Positions 58,830 through 64,000 of a stretch of 64,000 nucleotides of DNA are shown here, one piece after another. Below the pieces are notes generated by a model. It searched no databases, was not told the origin of the DNA, and was given only the letters and a program-made list of their open reading frames with translations. How positions within the stretch are numbered: the first letter of the stretch is position 1; the number at the start of each line of letters is the position of its first letter. The position numbers and the translations under genes are program-made. Source of the DNA: an uncultured Gammaproteobacteria bacterium (lineage in GTDB: Bacteria > Patescibacteriota > Microgenomatia > Levybacterales > UBA12049); NCBI GenBank assembly GCA_965230895.1, contig OZ246394.1:569316-633315 (forward strand). Reading direction: 5' to 3'.

Positions 58830-61073
58830 TTACGAACCACCATTGGATCCACCTGAACCGGACCCGCCGTTTTGATCTCCTTGAAGTTGATTAATCAAGC
58901 TTGTAATATCAGTGTACAATAAATTATATCCTTCAACTGTTATACTCTTCCCTTTTTGTTTATTGAGTTCCACAAGCATAGCTTTCAAAGTTATAATTGC
59001 GAGCTTATTTCCCAATGGTTGTCTGTTGATTAATGTAGCTCTTTCTGCAACTTCAGCTTGCACTTTGAGTGCTGTATAAAATATAACGTTTTTAATTTGC
59101 TTCTGCTGGTAGAGTTTCTTGATGTCATCTTTTAGAATATTAAAGGTAATTTCACGGATAGGTTCTGTTTTAATATTATTTATATTTTCTTTATCATATG
59201 AAAGTTTATATACAGCCTCTGTTTCAGGAGTTAGATTACCCGTATAGGAAGCGGTTTTCATTTCCCCTTCCTCAGTAAATATATACTCATCCAATTGATA
59301 ATCTGGATCGGTTGCGGAGTAAAGTTCTACTCTATAATTGCTTGATTCTGGCTTTGCAAAATAGAATACCTTTACAGCTGATGTATTTGTATTAAATGGT
59401 TCTTCTACAAGTTGTGCAGGACTGTACTCCAAATAACTTTCCCCATACGTAGCTCCATTCTCATCACGAACAGTTATATAAACATCTTTATCAGCGACAT
59501 AAACCATGTAAGATAGATCAGTATGTGAAGGAATATATCTTCTAACCGATACTGCTTGGTTATTATATGAGGCAAGGGTTGTTCTATTAAATAGCGGATC
59601 ATTTATTTCAAAAGTATTGCCAGTTTTACCTTTCGCCACAACGAAATGCATACCAGGAGCATTTACTTGTAAAATATTAGGAATACCTTGATTTAAATCA
59701 TTTGTTAAAGTCGTTGTATTGAAGTACATATCAGGATTATACTCGAGAGCATCATATTGAAAGTTTGGGTTCTGCGACTTTGCTTTTTTAGCTAGATTCC
59801 CCACAGCGGACCATATAACTCCTAAATTACGATTATAGCCCTTATTTTCTTTCAACCATTTGTTTACGGTTCCTGGATTAACATCACTTCCGTCTGGCAT
59901 TTTGTTAATCCCATGATATCTTAAAATCATTGCAATTGAACTTGTAGCGCATCCACACTGCGTCATAGTCCTTCCACAGACAAACTGCCCAGCATTAGCG
60001 TGATCAAATTCTTCTGCCTCCCATGCAGGATTATTGTCATTATATGGAGCAACTCCTTGCTTAAATAAAGGTACATTTAAACTTGCTCCACCTATTGGAG
60101 GGGTTGGGATCATAGAAGGGAGAGGATTTGTAATTGTTTTTGGGTCAAAAGTACTAATTTTATCAAATTGTGCAAACCAAATATTACCGTCTGGGCCAGA
60201 AGTTATGTCATACACTGCACCTGAAGTATCGTATTCAATTACGTCTCCATTTTGTTGAAATTTTCCAATTATTTTTGTATTAGATCGTGTATACCATAGA
60301 GCATCATCTGATCCTAAAGTGAGTTGATCGACGTTTGGTTTAAATATTGGGTATTCAGTTATATCTCCGTGGTAAGTTATATTAGCGATTTTATTTCCAC
60401 CGTATTCTGTAAACCAAATATTATTGTTTGGGCCAAGAGCTATTCCTGTTGGGGAGCTTGAAAGAGTAGGTATTGTAAATTCAGTAATAACCCCTGTTGG
60501 AGTTATTCTTCCTATCTGATTGTCATTTGACTCAGTGAACCAAATATTGCCATCAGAACCACTAACAAGACGGACCAGTCCGATAAATGATGACGCTGGC
60601 AACTCAAAGTACATAACTGAACCACTACTGGATATTCTACCAATCTTATTTGTATTCCCAGAAGAAAACCACATATTATTATCTGGACCTAAAATAATAT
60701 CATCAGGAGCAAAATTATTATCAAGTTGATATTCAGTTATTGAACCATTTATTGTAGACCTTGCTACTTTATGAGAATTAAACTCAGTAAACCAGACATT
60801 ACCATTATTATCGCTAACAATCGAATTCGGCCTACTATATGGAGATGGTATTGTGTACTCTGTCACTATACCGGATATAGTAACTTTTCCTATCTTATTT
60901 GTTTCTATTGCAGTATACCAAATATTTCCGTCAGGACCTGATGTAATACTGGACACATTACTTCCATAAGGTAGTTGATAATCCTTGATACTAGAAGCCT
61001 CTGCAGTAGAACTAGCAAATAAAAAAAGTATAAACAAAGAAGTCACTAGACTAAAACGAAAAAAATTAATCAT
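58830..61073 (-). CDS. Secreted Vgb-like beta-propeller fused to a C39-like cysteine peptidase
   Basis: Signal peptide; about 7 GPDGNIWFTE..NKIGRI repeats; Pro linker; LNVPLFKQ, GCATSSIAMIL, HFVVAKG, INDP. Confidence 0.82.
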   Translation of the reverse strand: MINFFRFSLVTSLFILFLFASSTAEASSIKDYQLPYGSNVSSITSGPDGNIWYTAIETNKIGKVTISGIVTEYTIPSPYSRPNSIVSDNNGNVWFTEFNSHKVARSTINGSITEYQLDNNFAPDDIILGPDNNMWFSSGNTNKIGRISSSGSVMYFELPASSFIGLVRLVSGSDGNIWFTESNDNQIGRITPTGVITEFTIPTLSSSPTGIALGPNNNIWFTEYGGNKIANITYHGDITEYPIFKPNVDQLTLGSDDALWYTRSNTKIIGKFQQNGDVIEYDTSGAVYDITSGPDGNIWFAQFDKISTFDPKTITNPLPSMIPTPPIGGASLNVPLFKQGVAPYNDNNPAWEAEEFDHANAGQFVCGRTMTQCGCATSSIAMILRYHGINKMPDGSDVNPGTVNKWLKENKGYNRNLGVIWSAVGNLAKKAKSQNPNFQYDALEYNPDMYFNTTTLTNDLNQGIPNILQVNAPGMHFVVAKGKTGNTFEINDPLFNRTTLASYNNQAVSVRRYIPSHTDLSYMVYVADKDVYITVRDENGATYGESYLEYSPAQLVEEPFNTNTSAVKVFYFAKPESSNYRVELYSATDPDYQLDEYIFTEEGEMKTASYTGNLTPETEAVYKLSYDKENINNIKTEPIREITFNILKDDIKKLYQQKQIKNVIFYTALKVQAEVAERATLINRQPLGNKLAIITLKAMLVELNKQKGKSITVEGYNLLYTDITSLINQLQGDQNGGSGSGGSNGGS

Positions 61074-61119
61074 AGGCCTATGTATATTTATATAATACTT
61101 TTGTATTATATTTCAATAC

Positions 61120-63597
61120 CTATTGTGAGTAATTCCATTTAATATCATTTAGAACCGGAGTAACTCTTTGATCAGTTAAGGATTCCAATGTAACCTTATA
61201 TCTAAAGCATCTTTCTGGATTAATATACTCATTATTTACATAACTTCCAAAAGGTATTTTATCTTCGATAACTGAGGATTCTGAAGTATAATAGGTGCTT
61301 TCACTCCCATCAGGGCCTACATATTTATAACCGGATGTTGGACAGTTTCCATTTATCTGAGCATGTACCGCTACTTGAATTTTTACGGAAGTATTAGAGG
61401 GTTGAGTAACATTCGCCAAAAGCCTGTTGAGCGTTCTAGCAATTGTACTTCCATCAGCGGTGGCTGTATCAAACACTTGTGATTCGAAAGTTCCACTTGG
61501 CATAAAAATCGCATTATCAGGACCCCCCTGAATAATTTTTAATTCATTCAATTGGTTATTTGCGACCATATAGACATAGTTGTCATAATCCGCTTCTGAT
61601 ACAGATGTTAGGTCATTAAAACCGTCAGAGAAATCCACTCCAGAACAATACGTTGGGGTTGCTTCTGTCTCAGTATTGAGGACCTGGTATTCCTGAGCAT
61701 TTCCCCCACCAGATACACCATCCTTTCCCACAAGTACTGCGCGTTGGCCATTGAGTACGGTCAGAGATCGTCGTGGGTATAATTCTGAAGCTCCAGCTGG
61801 TGCTGGAGACGCTCCATTATAAAATCCAGAAGATGGGGTACTTGATCCTGTCAAAAATGTCGGAGAGGTTTTAGATGTAGTATTAAGGATATAGAATTGC
61901 TTACTATCGCTTCCTCCATTTGAGGAGATATATGCTCTCGTGCCATCTGCATTTGCAAATACTGAATTTGATGCCTCCTCTGTCCCTGATCCAGTATTAA
62001 AATCTTTACTTCCGCTGACCCTCCATGTAGACGCTCCTCCAGAAATTCTTCCACAACTATTTCCTGTTAACGAAGTTCCACTCGTTGGAGCCGTTGTGAC
62101 ATTCACAATTTCAAATTCCGGATTTGTCACTCCACCGACAGCAACATAAACATAGGTATTGTTTCCCACTTTCACTGGATAAATGTCATTTGTAGCACGC
62201 AATTCGATATTTCCTCCATCCGAACAATCATTATGAATTGGAGAAGTTGTGTCGCTCCAGCTTGTCCCTGATTGGCCAGAATCATACTTCGCAGCAGTTC
62301 CCGTTGTTCCGGGCTTACACTCATAGCCATCCAATTCAATCCTACAGCCATACATATCCAAACCACTCGAGGTCGATTTACTATCAATATTTGCCAGATT
62401 GAAAACATACAGATATCCGCCTGATGCGACATATCCCCGATCGCCTAATACAGCTACGGACGAAGCACCATAGCCATATGGTGATTGATCATTACTGGAA
62501 CTTGCGATACCATTATATCTTCGTGTATTAAAAAAAGTTTTATATTTATACAGCTTATTAACCGGATCTTGGTATTCTCCACTTGTTGTATTATCGTTGG
62601 CATCATTACCGTCATTTACCCACACTGCAATCACTTCTTTATCAGGAAGATCCGTCCCAATAATTGCATAAGTATTGCCCCCTGAGGATTTATAATACTT
62701 TACGTCCGTGGTTGAAAAGCTATTTGTAAGCCCTGTACCAGATTGAGGCGAATACCCTGAGGCATATTCTGAAGAATTCATTGAAAACCGTCCACGCAAA
62801 GTTGTCGTAGGCGTTTCTGAATTTGCAGTAACATTTATATAAGCTAACTTTGAAGAACTGGTTGCGTATGGAGCAGTTGCAACAAACACATCATTTGGCT
62901 GTGCAGTAGTAGCACTAGCCGTGGCTGCAACAGCAACAGGTGGTCCATCAGGTAAATCAATCGTTGCTTCCCCTCCAAGGCTATTTAAAGCAAATGCTGG
63001 AGAACACCATTTGGCTTTATTATTATTAGCAAGTTTTATTTCTCCACCCGTATCACTCGTGTACTGAACATTAACACCTGTTCCTGCTTCAAATTGAGCT
63101 TTTGTCGTGTGTTCGGCACTTAGATTGGACGTTCTGGTCAGGAAAATGGTTGAGGTGATTGAAGATGCAATTGGCCTGGTCCAGGAAACTGTAATATTAG
63201 CTTTCCGTGTCGAAGGATCAAGTGTATTTCCTGCAGAGGTTGATGCAATTGCTCCTGAGGAATCTCTGTATACACTTGATAATACAACTTGTTGCGTAAA
63301 ACCGGCAGCATTTGATGCAGTTCCTGAAGCCATCGTCCATCGGTTATTTGAAATAACTGGATGATAAGAAGCTCCAATGGTTAAATTAGAAAGCGCTGTC
63401 CAATCACTATCCCGCACGTTTTTAACTGCAGTTTCGGTTTCTTTCATCAAAGCAATCCCTTGCAATCGTTGTTCTTGTTGCGGCTTGCCATCACGCGATG
63501 CGAGCAAACTTAACACCAAACCAGGCAAGATCAACGCTGCCAATCCTATGGTTAAAACTAATTCTACTAATAATTGTCCTCGCTGTAGCTTCTTCAT
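61120..63597 (-). CDS. Large PilV-like prepilin fused to a Ser/Thr/Gly-rich adhesin-like (probable propeller) region
   Basis: RG|QLLVELVLTIG; TRKANITVSW pilin head; YVA..G.LYVFNL and YVAVG...EFEIVNV repeats; SGTFESQVFD. Confidence 0.8.
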   Translation of the reverse strand: MKKLQRGQLLVELVLTIGLAALILPGLVLSLLASRDGKPQQEQRLQGIALMKETETAVKNVRDSDWTALSNLTIGASYHPVISNNRWTMASGTASNAAGFTQQVVLSSVYRDSSGAIASTSAGNTLDPSTRKANITVSWTRPIASSITSTIFLTRTSNLSAEHTTKAQFEAGTGVNVQYTSDTGGEIKLANNNKAKWCSPAFALNSLGGEATIDLPDGPPVAVAATASATTAQPNDVFVATAPYATSSSKLAYINVTANSETPTTTLRGRFSMNSSEYASGYSPQSGTGLTNSFSTTDVKYYKSSGGNTYAIIGTDLPDKEVIAVWVNDGNDANDNTTSGEYQDPVNKLYKYKTFFNTRRYNGIASSSNDQSPYGYGASSVAVLGDRGYVASGGYLYVFNLANIDSKSTSSGLDMYGCRIELDGYECKPGTTGTAAKYDSGQSGTSWSDTTSPIHNDCSDGGNIELRATNDIYPVKVGNNTYVYVAVGGVTNPEFEIVNVTTAPTSGTSLTGNSCGRISGGASTWRVSGSKDFNTGSGTEEASNSVFANADGTRAYISSNGGSDSKQFYILNTTSKTSPTFLTGSSTPSSGFYNGASPAPAGASELYPRRSLTVLNGQRAVLVGKDGVSGGGNAQEYQVLNTETEATPTYCSGVDFSDGFNDLTSVSEADYDNYVYMVANNQLNELKIIQGGPDNAIFMPSGTFESQVFDTATADGSTIARTLNRLLANVTQPSNTSVKIQVAVHAQINGNCPTSGYKYVGPDGSESTYYTSESSVIEDKIPFGSYVNNEYINPERCFRYKVTLESLTDQRVTPVLNDIKWNYSQ

Positions 63598-63598
63598 C

Positions 63599-64000
63599 TT
63601 ATTGCATACTTGAAATAACTCCATACCTATTTAATCGTAGAACTTTCTGATCATTATTCATACTGTCATGAATCGTAATAACAGCTGACGTACTTGCATA
63701 ATTTGTAACTTCTCCACTCCCTTTTGTAAATGTTATCGATGAACTTGCGGAAGCTGTTGTTATAGTTAATGTGTTCGGATATGATACTGCGAAATTAGCT
63801 GAAGCAGTGGCTACATATGTACCTTTATATAGTATATATCGATGATTTGCCGAATCAAATTGGATACCATAATTATCAGCAGTTGTTGTACCACTTGTGT
63901 CACCAGACATAGCTTTTGCTTGTTGATCTTTCAGATCTGCCATAAATGTATTTAAGGTAGAATTAAGCTGTGATTCATTTTGGAACCTGAACAAGCTAAC
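63599..64000 (-). CDS. FimT/GspH-like minor pilin (N-terminus outside the window)
   Basis: ADLKDQQAKAMSG, YGIQF, ITFTKGSG, LNRYG; lies directly upstream of other pilins. Confidence 0.72.
   Translation of the reverse strand, partial: VSLFRFQNESQLNSTLNTFMADLKDQQAKAMSGDTSGTTTADNYGIQFDSANHRYILYKGTYVATASANFAVSYPNTLTITTASASSSITFTKGSGEVTNYASTSAVITIHDSMNNDQKVLRLNRYGVISSMQ

Noticed and set aside
60170-61000. Streptogramin B resistance (Vgb lyase)
   Set aside because: Only the propeller repeat pattern is recognisable; the protein is secreted and fused to a peptidase, so a binding role is more plausible.

Overview
AT-rich bacterial chromosome segment read with standard code 11 (TGA is used as a stop). 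Gene content and architecture suggest a Patescibacteria/CPR organism, probably Microgenomates; this is inference. From left to right the window holds: (1) the right end of a probable metal/redox island (DsbA, two CDF transporters, a large serine recombinase) beside tRNA-Lys(CTT); (2) two dockerin-like surface proteins and a large low-complexity protein; (3) a core block of rnhB, DUF2130, yvcK, secG and a solute-binding protein; (4) a DNA-repair-rich block (uvrC, uvrA, alkA, mutL, mutS); (5) a secreted tyrosinase, nadD-nadE, accessory hydrolase/MerR/VOC genes, tRNA-Lys(TTT) and tRNA-Glu(TTC); (6) an ABC exporter, dus, adenosine kinase-ahcY, holA and sugar-phosphate isomerases; (7) a type IV pilin locus with two paralogous major pilins and a beta-propeller/C39-like peptidase gene inside the minor-pilin run. 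Non-coding signals include a dispersed REP/REPIN-like palindrome family with compensatory base changes, pervasive -10 boxes 5-8 nt upstream of start codons (apparent leaderless mRNAs) and several operator-like inverted repeats. An unannotated 43-aa Cys-rich microprotein is also present. No CRISPR array, rRNA or transposase was seen. All calls come from motif recognition by eye; no database search was run.
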